Notes: generated by a model not told the origin, from the sequence alone. DNA of 64,000 nt from Bacteroidaceae bacterium (GCA_017541265.1 JAFXZK010000084.1:4217-68216), one strand, 5' to 3'; shown: positions 52,123 through 61,260, counted from the stretch's first letter. Made by a program: numbers and translations.

Positions 52123-53406
52123 ATGAGCAAGAAACTTCATTTTGAGACTTTGCAGCTTCATGTAGGACAGGAGCAGGCAGACCCCGCAACGGATGCTCGC
52201 GCAGTTCCCATCTATCAGACCACGAGCTATGTGTTCCACAACTCTCAGCACGCAGCGGACCGTTTCGGACTGCGTGATGCAGGCAACATCTATGGTCGCC
52301 TCACCAATTCCACGCAAAGTGTGTTCGAGCAGCGTGTGGCTGCCCTCGAGGGTGGTGTGGCAGGCTTGGCCGTTGCCTCTGGTGCTGCTGCTATTACCTA
52401 CGCGCTTCAAAATATTGTGCAGGCGGGCGATCATATCGTCGCTGCTGACAACCTGTATGGCGGTTCCTACAATCTCATCACCCACACGCTGGCAACTCAA
52501 GGAATTACAAACTCTATCGTCAACGTGAATGACCTTGCGGCGCTTGAGGCCGCCATACAGCCAAATACGAAGGTGGTGTATGCCGAGACGTTTGGCAACC
52601 CTAACTCCGACGTGCTCGACATTGAGGGCGTGGCTGCGGTTGCCCATCGTCACGGCATCCCATTCATCGTGGACAACACCTTTGGTACACCCTACCTCAT
52701 CCGTCCCTTGGAGCACGGCGCAGACATTGTGGTGCACTCTGCTACAAAGTTCCTCGGCGGTCACGGCACCTCTCTTGGTGGTGTGATTGTGGATGGTGGC
52801 AAGTTCGACTGGAAGCAGAACGACAAGTTTCCCACGCTCGCTAAGCCAGACCCCTCGTATCATGGCATTGTCTTTGCCGATGCTGTGGGAGCCGCAGCCT
52901 ACGTCACCCGCATTCGTGCCGTCATTCTGCGCGATACAGGTGCTGCCATTTCTCCCTTCAATGCCTTCATTCTCTTGCAAGGTGTCGAGACGCTGAGCCT
53001 CAGAGTGGAGCGTCATGTGGAAAATGCCCTGAAGGTGGTTGAATTCCTTGCCAACCATCCCAAGGTGGCTAAAGTTAATCATCCAGCCCTCGAGAGTCAC
53101 CACGACCACACATTATATAATAAGTATTTCCCCAATGGTGGCGGCTCTATCTTTACCTTCGAGATTAAGGGCGGACAGGAAGAGGCTTGGCGCTTCATTG
53201 ATTCCCTGAAGATATTCTCCCTGCTGGCAAATGTGGCCGACGTGAAGAGCCTCGTGATTCATCCCTACACCACCACCCACTCGCAGCTCTCCCCCGAGGA
53301 ACTGGCCGAGCAGCACATCACGCCCTCTACCATCCGCCTCTCCATCGGCACGGAACACATAGATGACATCATCGACGACCTCAAGCAGGCATTCGACAAA
53401 ATCTGA
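52123..53406 (+). CDS. metY: O-acetylhomoserine aminocarboxypropyltransferase / sulfhydrylase
   Basis: LHFETLQLHVGQE...AVPIYQTTSYVF N-terminus and PLP-lysine region HSATKFLGGHG. Confidence 0.9.
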   Translation: MSKKLHFETLQLHVGQEQADPATDARAVPIYQTTSYVFHNSQHAADRFGLRDAGNIYGRLTNSTQSVFEQRVAALEGGVAGLAVASGAAAITYALQNIVQAGDHIVAADNLYGGSYNLITHTLATQGITNSIVNVNDLAALEAAIQPNTKVVYAETFGNPNSDVLDIEGVAAVAHRHGIPFIVDNTFGTPYLIRPLEHGADIVVHSATKFLGGHGTSLGGVIVDGGKFDWKQNDKFPTLAKPDPSYHGIVFADAVGAAAYVTRIRAVILRDTGAAISPFNAFILLQGVETLSLRVERHVENALKVVEFLANHPKVAKVNHPALESHHDHTLYNKYFPNGGGSIFTFEIKGGQEEAWRFIDSLKIFSLLANVADVKSLVIHPYTTTHSQLSPEELAEQHITPSTIRLSIGTEHIDDIIDDLKQAFDKI

Positions 53407-53430
53407 AGAAAATAACATAATAGGGTTATG

Positions 53431-53464
53431 ATTCTGCCAAATCTCCAAAAAGATTTGGCAGAAT
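53431..53464 (+). terminator. hairpin downstream of metY
   Basis: attctgccaaatct-ccaaaa-agatttggcagaat (14-bp perfect stem). Weak T tract. Confidence 0.55.
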
Positions 53465-53477
53465 GTGTTAATCTCCG

Positions 53478-53485
53478 TACCTTTG
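53478..53485 (+). promoter_or_regulatory. -7 box (tacctttg), LuxR-type regulator
   Basis: 24 nt upstream of the ATG at 53510. Confidence 0.55.
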
Positions 53486-53509
53486 CAGGCGGAAACACAC
53501 CAATCTTTG

Positions 53510-54154
53510 ATGAAAGAGTATATATTGGCCGACAATCAGGAACTCACGCGCTTTGCCGTGGAATGTCTTCTCTGCGAGGACAAAGAAATTGCTGTATATC
53601 ATGCTTCGGACAGAGCCACCCTCGTGTGCCTACTCTCCGGACATCCGGATGCTGTTGTGTTGCTCGACTACACCCTTTTCGACTTTTCCGACGAAGACCA
53701 GCTCCTCATCGTCGCAGAGCGTTTCAGCCAGTCGCAGTGGATTCTCATCAGCGACGAACTCACTCCTCAGTTCATGCGCCGCATGATCTATTCCTCCCAT
53801 CAGTTTAGCCTCTTGTTCAAGGATAGTCCTGTCGCAGAGGTGCGTGCGGCGCTACAGTCTGTCAGTCTCAGACATACCCGTTTCCTCAGTCAGCGCGTGC
53901 TTGAAGTCATTCTCAACCAACGACAAGAAGAGTCCCATCCGGACATTCTGACCGCAACGGAAGCAGAGATTCTGAAAGCCATAGCACAAGGCAAGACTAC
54001 CAAGGAGATTGCTGCGCAAAGATTTTCCAGCATCCATACCATTACGACCCACCGCAAGAATATCTTCCGCAAACTGGGCATCAACACGGCGCACGAAGCG
54101 GTGAAATACGCTCTCCGTGCCGGCCTCATCGATGCTTTGGAGTTTTACATATAG
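53510..54154 (+). CDS. LuxR-family response-regulator-like transcription factor (atypical receiver)
   Basis: C-terminal LuxR HTH LTATEAEILKAIAQGKTTKEIAAQRFSSIHTITTHRKNIFRKLG. The N-terminal receiver-like domain has DN instead of DD and an LLD acceptor site. Start placed after the -7 box at 53478. Confidence 0.7.
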   Translation: MKEYILADNQELTRFAVECLLCEDKEIAVYHASDRATLVCLLSGHPDAVVLLDYTLFDFSDEDQLLIVAERFSQSQWILISDELTPQFMRRMIYSSHQFSLLFKDSPVAEVRAALQSVSLRHTRFLSQRVLEVILNQRQEESHPDILTATEAEILKAIAQGKTTKEIAAQRFSSIHTITTHRKNIFRKLGINTAHEAVKYALRAGLIDALEFYI

Positions 54155-54300
54155 ATAGGACCATTCGATGGGCTTTTCTTCCCATAGGATGAAGACATGC
54201 GATACTATGGCAGTACGGATGAGGCATATCAGTTTTTGTACAAAATGAAGTTTAATTTGTCATTATTGGAACTCTTTTTTGTTGTTTCGTGAAAAGGAGT

Positions 54301-54308
54301 TACCTTTG
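54301..54308 (+). promoter_or_regulatory. -7 box (tacctttg), ThiD-like/AraC fusion gene and probably pdxST
   Basis: 5 nt upstream of the ATG at 54314. Confidence 0.55.
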
Positions 54309-54313
54309 CAGCC

Positions 54314-55225
54314 ATGAAACCGATATTGACCATAACAGGTAGTGACTCAACAGCGGGTTCGGGTGTGCAGGCGGACATCAAGACAATCTCCGAACTGGGT
54401 GGTTATGCCATGTCAGCCATTACCAGTATCACCGTTCAGACCACACTGGGCATCCAGCAGTTCTACGATGTGCCAGCCACCATCGTGGCGGGACAAATAG
54501 ATGCCGTAATGAATGATTTTGAGCCAGAAGTGGTGAAGATAGGTCTGATTCGCCGCGAGGATACTTTGGAAGTTGTTGTCAAGGCTCTGCAAAAGTATCA
54601 TCCGCACCATGTGATTCTCGATACTGTAGTGCTGTCATCAAGAGGTGATACGCTGATTAGTCACGAGATGATGGAAGCCATAAGCCTAAGATTGTTACCA
54701 CTATGCACGCTGGTCATCCATAAGAACGACGGCTCGATGCACGGTCTATCTAACCGCTACGCCAGTGCGGTGTCTGTGTTCCTAAGTCGGGGGCTTTCTG
54801 CAGAAGAGGCCGAATCCAAGGCTAAAGCCTATATCAGCACCCAGGTGATGAGGGCCAGTGACCTGCAGGGACGCAGCAGTGAGCTTTACAACGAACTGCT
54901 CGATGCCATTGCCGAACACCATCATGAAGCAAGTGATGTGCATTTCTATGCTGACCTGCTCAATGTCAGCAGTCGCTATCTGGCTCAAGTGACGCGTCGA
55001 ATCTCTGGCAAGTCGCCCAAGGCCATTATTGATGATTTCCTGATTCATGAGATAGAGTTGCAACTAAAATCGACGGATAATACTGTGCAGGAGGTCGCTT
55101 ACCACTTCGGTTTCTCCTCTCAGGCACATTTCACTAAATTTTTCAAGAAGCTAAAGGGCATTAGTCCTACAGAGTATCGGAAATTGAAATACGACAATTA
55201 TGAAACAAGACAGACAAAAACTTAA
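54314..55225 (+). CDS. fusion protein: degenerate ThiD/PdxK-like (phosphomethylpyrimidine/pyridoxal kinase family) domain + AraC-type HTH
   Basis: The N-terminus [39 protein letters not shown] matches the ThiD family, but the region between the HKND and GLSN segments is shortened. The C-terminus [27 protein letters not shown]...[32 protein letters not shown] is AraC HTH. Confidence 0.75.
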   Translation: MKPILTITGSDSTAGSGVQADIKTISELGGYAMSAITSITVQTTLGIQQFYDVPATIVAGQIDAVMNDFEPEVVKIGLIRREDTLEVVVKALQKYHPHHVILDTVVLSSRGDTLISHEMMEAISLRLLPLCTLVIHKNDGSMHGLSNRYASAVSVFLSRGLSAEEAESKAKAYISTQVMRASDLQGRSSELYNELLDAIAEHHHEASDVHFYADLLNVSSRYLAQVTRRISGKSPKAIIDDFLIHEIELQLKSTDNTVQEVAYHFGFSSQAHFTKFFKKLKGISPTEYRKLKYDNYETRQTKT

Positions 55226-56075
55226 TCGTGAACTTGCTCAGATGCTGAAAGGCGGTGTTATTATGGATGTGACCACTCCCGAACAGGCTCGTATCGCTGA
55301 GGAGGCTGGTGCCTGTGCTGTGATGGCTCTGGAGCGTATTCCTGCCGACATCCGTGCAGCGGGTGGCGTGAGTCGTATGAGTGACCCTAAGATGATTCGT
55401 GGCATTCAGGAGGCCGTGAGCATCCCCGTAATGGCTAAGTGCCGCATTGGTCACATTGCAGAAGCACAGATTCTGCAAGCTATAGAGATTGACTATATCG
55501 ACGAGAGCGAGGTGTTGAGTCCTGCAGATAATATCTACCATATCGACAAGACAAAGTTCGACGTGCCTTTTGTATGTGGTGCCAAGAACCTAGGCGAGGC
55601 TCTGCGCCGTATTGCAGAAGGAGCCACGATGATTCGAACCAAGGGTGAGCCTGGTACGGGCGACGTGGTGCAGGCCGTGAGTCACATGCGTCTGATGCAG
55701 AGTGAGATTCGTCGTTTGGTCAGCATGAGCGAGGACGAGCTTTTTGAAACTGCCAAGCAGTTGCAAGCACCCTATGAGTTGGTAAAGTTCGTACATGAGA
55801 ATGGAAAGCTGCCTGTGGTGAACTTCGCCGCTGGTGGCGTGGCGACCCCTGCTGATGCAGCCCTGATGATGCAACTGGGTGCCGAGGGTGTGTTCGTAGG
55901 TAGCGGCATCTTCAAGAGTGGCAATCCCGCTAAGCGTGCCGCTGCCATCGTGCAGGCTGTGACCAACTATCAGGATGCCAAGATGCTGGCTGAACTCTCG
56001 GAGGACCTCGGTGAGGCTATGGTGGGTATCAACGAACAGGAGATAGAACTCTTGATGGCAGAGCGAGGGAAGTGA
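55200..56075 (+). CDS. pdxS: pyridoxal 5'-phosphate synthase lyase subunit PdxS
   Basis: [54 protein letters not shown]. The ATG lies 26 nt inside the upstream gene. Confidence 0.95.
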   Translation: MKQDRQKLNRELAQMLKGGVIMDVTTPEQARIAEEAGACAVMALERIPADIRAAGGVSRMSDPKMIRGIQEAVSIPVMAKCRIGHIAEAQILQAIEIDYIDESEVLSPADNIYHIDKTKFDVPFVCGAKNLGEALRRIAEGATMIRTKGEPGTGDVVQAVSHMRLMQSEIRRLVSMSEDELFETAKQLQAPYELVKFVHENGKLPVVNFAAGGVATPADAALMMQLGAEGVFVGSGIFKSGNPAKRAAAIVQAVTNYQDAKMLAELSEDLGEAMVGINEQEIELLMAERGK

Positions 56076-56093
56076 TATAAATGAATAGTTAAA

Positions 56094-56642
56094 ATGCGAA
56101 TAGCTGTTTTAGCATTACAAGGAGCATTTGCCGAACACGAGCAAATGCTTCGTCGTTTGGGCGTTGGGGCTTTCGAGGTTCGGCAGTTAGCCAATTGGAA
56201 TCAACCAAAGAACGGACTTATTATCCCTGGCGGCGAATCGACCACACAAGGGAAACTCCTTCATGATTTAGGCCTCTTTGAACCTATCCGGCAGGCCATC
56301 ACTGAGGGACTGCCAGTCTTGGGCACCTGTGCAGGGCTGATACTGCTGTCACCTATGCATTTGGGCACGATGGACATCGACGTCGAGCGCAACGCCTACG
56401 GCCGTCAGCTGGGCAGTTTTTACACGGAAGCACCCGTAGAGGGTATCGCCGGTAATGTCCCCATGACTTTTATCCGCGCGCCATATATCAACAAGGTACT
56501 ATCGTCCGATGTTCAAGTGCTGGCCAAGGTCGATAGTCACATTGTTGCTGCCCGTCAGGGACGCCAGCTCGTCACTGCTTTCCATCCTGAACTCGATTTT
56601 GACACCCGCATCCACGAGCTTTTCCTGTCTTTGGCCCGATAA
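56094..56642 (+). CDS. pdxT: pyridoxal 5'-phosphate synthase glutaminase subunit PdxT
   Basis: IAVLALQGAF, nucleophile GTCAG, C-terminal FHPE. Confidence 0.9.
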   Translation: MRIAVLALQGAFAEHEQMLRRLGVGAFEVRQLANWNQPKNGLIIPGGESTTQGKLLHDLGLFEPIRQAITEGLPVLGTCAGLILLSPMHLGTMDIDVERNAYGRQLGSFYTEAPVEGIAGNVPMTFIRAPYINKVLSSDVQVLAKVDSHIVAARQGRQLVTAFHPELDFDTRIHELFLSLAR

Positions 56643-56703
56643 TACCAAACTTATGGTATATAAATGCCATAAAAGGGGGATTGTGGGAATGCAAAAGTTG
56701 CCG

Positions 56704-56711
56704 TACCTTTG
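56704..56711 (+). promoter_or_regulatory. -7 box (tacctttg), cysK
   Basis: 49 nt upstream of the ATG at 56761. Confidence 0.6.
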
Positions 56712-56760
56712 CAGCAGAATTTGAAAAAGGTAAATTGTCAAATCATAAAACGAGAAGATT

Positions 56761-57708
56761 ATGTCTAAGATTGCAAAGCAGCTGACCGAGCTTATCGGCA
56801 ACACTCCTCTCTTGGAGCTTAACAAGTATTCAACGGCAAAGGGCATCCAGACCCCCATCATTGCCAAAGTAGAGTATTTCAACCCCGGCGGCAGCGTCAA
56901 GGATCGCATCGCCCTCGCCATGATTGAGGACGCAGAAGCGAAGGGCATCTTGAAGCCCGGTGCCACCATCATCGAACCCACCAGCGGCAATACGGGCGTG
57001 GGACTGGCACTCGTCTCTGCTGTCAAGGGCTACCACCTTATCCTTACCATGCCCGAGACGATGAGCATAGAGCGCCGCAACCTCGTCAAGGCATACGGAG
57101 CCGAGGTACGCCTCACCTCTGGCAAGGACGGAATGCCCGGAGCCATCCGCGCTGCCGAGGAGCTGCGCGACTCAATCCCTGGCAGTGTCATCCTCCAGCA
57201 GTTCGAGAACCCCGCCAATCCCGCCAAGCACTATGCAACGACAGGCCCGGAGGTTTGGCAGCAGACCGACGGCAAGGTTGACATCTTCGTGGGTGGCGTA
57301 GGCACGGGCGGCACCATCAGCGGTACAGGCAAATACCTGAAGGAGCAGAACCCGAACGTGAAGATTGTTGCCGTAGAGCCGAAGTCGAGTCCCGTCCTGA
57401 ACGGCGGACAGAGCGGCCCCCACAAGATTCAGGGCATCGGTGCCGGCTTCATCCCCAAGACCTACGATGCCGACGTCATCGATGAAGTCTTTGACGTGGA
57501 GAACGACGATGCCATCCGCACAGGTCGTGAGATAGCACAGCAGGAAGGCCTGCTGGTAGGCATCAGCGCAGGTGCAGCCCTCTATGCCGCCTCGCAGATA
57601 GCTCTCCGCCCGGAGAACAAAGGCAAGAAGATTGTCGTGCTCCTGCCCGATACAGGCGAGCGTTACCTCTCCACCGTGCTCTACGCTTTTGAGGACTATC
57701 CGCTGTAA
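56761..57708 (+). CDS. cysK: cysteine synthase A (O-acetylserine sulfhydrylase)
   Basis: PLP-lysine [25 protein letters not shown]. Confidence 0.9.
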   Translation: MSKIAKQLTELIGNTPLLELNKYSTAKGIQTPIIAKVEYFNPGGSVKDRIALAMIEDAEAKGILKPGATIIEPTSGNTGVGLALVSAVKGYHLILTMPETMSIERRNLVKAYGAEVRLTSGKDGMPGAIRAAEELRDSIPGSVILQQFENPANPAKHYATTGPEVWQQTDGKVDIFVGGVGTGGTISGTGKYLKEQNPNVKIVAVEPKSSPVLNGGQSGPHKIQGIGAGFIPKTYDADVIDEVFDVENDDAIRTGREIAQQEGLLVGISAGAALYAASQIALRPENKGKKIVVLLPDTGERYLSTVLYAFEDYPL

Positions 57709-57714
57709 CGGTTT

Positions 57715-57780
57715 TAAGTCCCTGTACTTGTCGTCATAAGTCCCTGTACTTATTGCCATAAGTCCCTGTACTTATCGCCA
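57715..57780 (+). repeat. 3 x 22-bp tandem repeat downstream of cysK
   Basis: taagtccctgtacttgtcgtca / taagtccctgtacttattgcca / taagtccctgtacttatcgcca, followed by a partial unit taagaacggggactt. Confidence 0.85.
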
Positions 57781-57799
57781 TAAGAACGGGGACTTTTTT
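57760..57799 (+). terminator. intrinsic terminator of cysK built from the last tandem-repeat unit
   Basis: aagtccctgt...acggggactt (10 bp including one G-U), followed by tttt. Confidence 0.6.
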
Positions 57800-57871
57800 C
57801 AGCAATGGCAGCAAGGCCTGCATGAAGAGGCGTTTTTTCCCTTTGTTCTTGCCTGTTTCGGAAAAAAACCG

Positions 57872-57879
57872 TACCTTTG
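57872..57879 (+). promoter_or_regulatory. -7 box (tacctttg), DUF3298 lipoprotein
   Basis: 37 nt upstream of the ATG at 57917. Confidence 0.55.
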
Positions 57880-57916
57880 CCCAAGAAACATGTTTTTAAC
57901 GATAAATTCCATACAG

Positions 57917-58678
57917 ATGAAAAAACTTTTTATCCTTTCCTTGGCTCTTCTGGCCTGTGCATGCACGGACACGAAAGACGACAGTAACGAACAGGCGGAA
58001 CTCTCATGGGGCACCGACTCCCTGTGCATTGAGAACCCTATCGCTCTGGGCGAGGACCTGTCCTATCAGATTGAAGTCAGGCTCGACACATTGGCAGGCG
58101 AGAGCGAGTTGGCAAAATCGCTTGCCGCAGTGCTTCGCGACAGCGTGCTGCACAAGCCGGGATGCGCCACGGTGCGCGAGACAATGGCTGCCTTTGCCGA
58201 CAGCATTGAGGCGGAATGGAAGACGGAACTTGCCGAGAGGTACGAGCCAGAGTCGGAGTACAACGAGATGCTCCAGTACTACCATACCGTCGAGGGCAGC
58301 CCTGCTGAAGGCGGCAATGACAGCATCCTGTCCTATCAGGCGACAACGGACTGCTACCTGGGCGGAGCGCACGGCAGCTACTATGTGCGGTACTTCAACT
58401 TCAACAAAAAGAGCGGCAAACTACTTAACATCAGCGACATCGTGCCTGCCGACAAGGAGATGCTGGTGTTGATGGCAATGGAAGAACAGCTTTGCGAAGA
58501 CTGGGATGCAAAAGACCTCGCCGACCTGCAGGAGAAGACTGGTATCACCATGCTGGGCAACCTCTACCTGACCAACAACTTCCTGCTCCGGGGCGACAGC
58601 ATCGAATTTCTCTTCAACCAATACGAGATTGCGCCCTACGCAGCAGGTCTCATCAGCGTCACACTCCCGAAGCCTTAA
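57917..58678 (+). CDS. DUF3298/DUF4163-type lipoprotein
   Basis: Lipobox LALLACAC. YLGGAHGSYYVRYFNF and FLFNQYEIAPYAAG patterns typical of the RsiV/PdaC N-terminal-like family. Confidence 0.7.
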   Translation: MKKLFILSLALLACACTDTKDDSNEQAELSWGTDSLCIENPIALGEDLSYQIEVRLDTLAGESELAKSLAAVLRDSVLHKPGCATVRETMAAFADSIEAEWKTELAERYEPESEYNEMLQYYHTVEGSPAEGGNDSILSYQATTDCYLGGAHGSYYVRYFNFNKKSGKLLNISDIVPADKEMLVLMAMEEQLCEDWDAKDLADLQEKTGITMLGNLYLTNNFLLRGDSIEFLFNQYEIAPYAAGLISVTLPKP

Positions 58679-58681
58679 TCC

Positions 58682-59908
58682 TCACCACCCTGTTGCTGCC
58701 CAGCCAGCAGCTGTGTACCAGGCGGTCTTCTGGAAGTCCTCGTTCCAATGGTAGCCGTCGGTGTCGTATCTCGTCATCGGCACGAACATTGAGACACCAC
58801 CATAGCATTCGGGAGCTACTATAACTGAATAGTCACAATAGTTGGCATACCACTCAGGATAGATGCGTCCGTCATGAGGGGGAGTGAGTGTGTATAGCGG
58901 TACTGCCTGATTGTAAAGCTCCATCCAGGCCGCATAGTCCTCTGGTGGAAGCAGGCGGCGCATCGTGGTTCGCATGTCGAAGCAATAGGTGAACTTGTTC
59001 ACGGCCATGTCGCAATAACACAGAAAGCCTTGGGTAGAAGGCTCTGTGTGCCCCATGTAAAAGGGTGTCAGAAAACGTCCTGTCGCTTCGGCAAGAGATT
59101 CGAGCTGCGAACAGTCGATGCAGGAAAGCAGTACGCCAGTATAGATGCTGCTGGGATAGCCGCTGTCGTAGCCTCTGACAATGCCCATTGCATCGCCTTG
59201 GCAGAGCGGTTCGACGATTTTGTAGTAGGGTGCACCCGGTCCCGGAATCTCGGCAGGCGAACCAATCATATAGTCTGTTACTTCCCGCAGTTCGTAAGCC
59301 ACCTCGATGCATTGCATGAAGCAGGCATCGAAGAAGATGTAGTCGAACTTGGGCAGTTGGGCAAGCACGTCGCGCAGCACGGGTATCTCCATCTCCGTCT
59401 CACCCGATGTTGAAGTTCCGGGGTAATCATCTTGTCCGAAGGTCTTGCGGCGCACGTTGTGCCTTGGTGTCCAGCCTGTTGCGTGCGACCAGAATGTGAT
59501 GCCGTAGTGGCGGGCAGGGAAGAAGGTCTTTATCTCGCGGAGTACTTGGAGCATCACGTCGGCACTGGTGCTGCAAAGTTCCTCGCCGTATTGCTTCCAG
59601 AGCTGCATTCCGTTCTTCGCCGACAGCTCATAGATGGCGGGCTTGCCGCTTCTGGTGTCCATGAAGATGATGAAGTTGACATTCTCTGGAATCATGTCCT
59701 TACTGCTCACCATCTCGGTCGTGTCAGCTCTGGCGGCGGAAGGATAATTGTCGAGCGTGTTGTCGGCAGCCATATAGATGATGACAGTCCGCTCAGCCTC
59801 TGCACGAGGCTTCGGAGTAAGGTCAACAGGGTATTCGAGCCTGTCGCGACACCCAGCCACGAGAAGCACGCTATATAATATAATAATGTATAGGCCGAAG
59901 CGTTTCAT
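58682..59908 (-). CDS. clostripain-family (C11) cysteine peptidase lipoprotein
   Basis: Lipobox LLVAGC. RTVIIYMAADNTLDNY, catalytic-dyad contexts FWSHATGW (His) and IFFDACFM (Cys). Start at MKRFGLY. Confidence 0.8.
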   Translation of the reverse strand: MKRFGLYIIILYSVLLVAGCRDRLEYPVDLTPKPRAEAERTVIIYMAADNTLDNYPSAARADTTEMVSSKDMIPENVNFIIFMDTRSGKPAIYELSAKNGMQLWKQYGEELCSTSADVMLQVLREIKTFFPARHYGITFWSHATGWTPRHNVRRKTFGQDDYPGTSTSGETEMEIPVLRDVLAQLPKFDYIFFDACFMQCIEVAYELREVTDYMIGSPAEIPGPGAPYYKIVEPLCQGDAMGIVRGYDSGYPSSIYTGVLLSCIDCSQLESLAEATGRFLTPFYMGHTEPSTQGFLCYCDMAVNKFTYCFDMRTTMRRLLPPEDYAAWMELYNQAVPLYTLTPPHDGRIYPEWYANYCDYSVIVAPECYGGVSMFVPMTRYDTDGYHWNEDFQKTAWYTAAGWAATGW

Positions 59909-59913
59909 GGGCG

Positions 59914-59921
59914 CAAAGGTA
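59914..59921 (-). promoter_or_regulatory. -7 box (tacctttg on minus strand), C11 peptidase
   Basis: 5 nt upstream of the ATG at 59908. Confidence 0.5.
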
Positions 59922-59926
59922 AGAAG

Positions 59927-59974
59927 AAATTTACAATTTGACAATTTACCATTTACGATTTATTGACTATTTGG
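59927..59974 (-). repeat. aaattgtaaat-family word array upstream of the C11 peptidase gene
   Basis: The minus strand reads ccaaatagtcaataaatcgtaaatggtaaattgtcaaattgtaaattt. Confidence 0.7.
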
Positions 59975-60039
59975 CCATTTTTCTTTATTCTTAATTCATA
60001 AGGCAATAAGGAAGCTCCCTTTTCCGTTATTATACTGTT

Positions 60040-61197
60040 ATGCAATGGATAAACAGAATACGTCAGGTCAAGATTGTGCTGGTTGTCCTGGCTGTTGTGC
60101 TTAGCGTGGCGTCGCTCGTTGTCTCACACTTCCTGGTGCATGACCTCAAGATAGAGGAACAGCGCAAGATGGAGATATGGGCGGAGGCGATGCGCTCGCT
60201 GAACAATGCCGACGAGACGACCGATCTCACCCTTGTCTGGACGGTGCTCAACTCGAACAACACCATCCCCGTCGTCGTGCTCGACAGCGAGGGACGTGTG
60301 CAGGACTACCGCAACATGGAGGTGGGGACTGCCGTGGGTGCGTCGCTCGACACGATGGTGCTGCAGCGCGCACAGTCGATGAAGCAGGCCGGGCGCGTCA
60401 TCCGCATCAATCTCGGCGACTCCGACTACATGGAGATATGCTATGCCGACAGCCTTATCCTGCGTCGTCTTGCCTGGTGGCCCTACGTCCAACTTGGCGT
60501 GGTGCTCATCTTTGTGGTGGTCGCCATCTTTGCTTTGCTCAGCAGCAAACGGGCAGAGCAGAACAAGGTGTGGGTAGGCTTGAGCAAGGAAACGGCGCAT
60601 CAGCTCGGCACGCCCATCAGCAGCCTCATGGCTTGGCACGAAGTCCTGCGCGAGACCTATCCCGACGACGAGTTGTTGCCCGAAATGGGCAAGGACGTGC
60701 AGCGCTTGCAACGCATCGCCGAACGCTTCAGCAAGATTGGCTCCCAGCCTGAACCGAAGCCCGAGAACCTCAACGAGGTGCTTGGGAATGTGGTGCAGTA
60801 CATCAGCCGCCGCACCAGCAACCGCATCAAGATGAGTTGCCAGCTGCCTGCGGAGCCGCTCATCGCTCCCGTCAGTGCACCTCTCTTCGAGTGGGTGATA
60901 GAGAACCTCTGCAAGAACGCCATCGACGCGATGGAGGGCAAGGGCAGCATTACCCTGACAGCAAAGGAAGAGCCGGATTGCATCAGCGTTGAGGTCAGCG
61001 ACACAGGCAAGGGCATTCCAAAGAACCGCTTCAGCTCCGTCTTCATGCCGGGCTATACGACGAAGGAGCGTGGCTGGGGGCTTGGGCTTTCGCTTGCCAA
61101 ACGCATCGTCGAGGAATACCACAACGGACGCATTTTCGTAAAAAGTTCCGAGATAGGTAAGGGCACAACCTTCCGTGTGGAACTCAAAAAACACTAA
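60040..61197 (+). CDS. sensor histidine kinase (two TM segments, HisKA + HATPase_c)
   Basis: H-box ETAHQLGTPISSL, N-box ENLCKNAIDA, G-boxes DTGKGIP and GWGLGLSLAKRIV. No adjacent response regulator. Confidence 0.85.
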   Translation: MQWINRIRQVKIVLVVLAVVLSVASLVVSHFLVHDLKIEEQRKMEIWAEAMRSLNNADETTDLTLVWTVLNSNNTIPVVVLDSEGRVQDYRNMEVGTAVGASLDTMVLQRAQSMKQAGRVIRINLGDSDYMEICYADSLILRRLAWWPYVQLGVVLIFVVVAIFALLSSKRAEQNKVWVGLSKETAHQLGTPISSLMAWHEVLRETYPDDELLPEMGKDVQRLQRIAERFSKIGSQPEPKPENLNEVLGNVVQYISRRTSNRIKMSCQLPAEPLIAPVSAPLFEWVIENLCKNAIDAMEGKGSITLTAKEEPDCISVEVSDTGKGIPKNRFSSVFMPGYTTKERGWGLGLSLAKRIVEEYHNGRIFVKSSEIGKGTTFRVELKKH

Positions 61198-61245
61198 TAA
61201 GGCAATAATTTTTCGCTTTTACTTTTCTCTTTTCACTTTTTTTCG

Positions 61246-61253
61246 TACTTTTG
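61246..61253 (+). promoter_or_regulatory. -7 box (tacttttg), yceD-rpmF-fabH
   Basis: Preceded by a T-rich array. 7 nt upstream of the ATG at 61261. Confidence 0.55.
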
Positions 61254-61260
61254 CAGCCCG

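Noticed and set aside
51448-53109. 553-aa minus-strand ORF in the track.
   Set aside because: Only the last 154 codons (from MAETLDKTDL, 51912) form an Lrp/AsnC protein. The upstream part is antisense to metY and crosses two promoter boxes.
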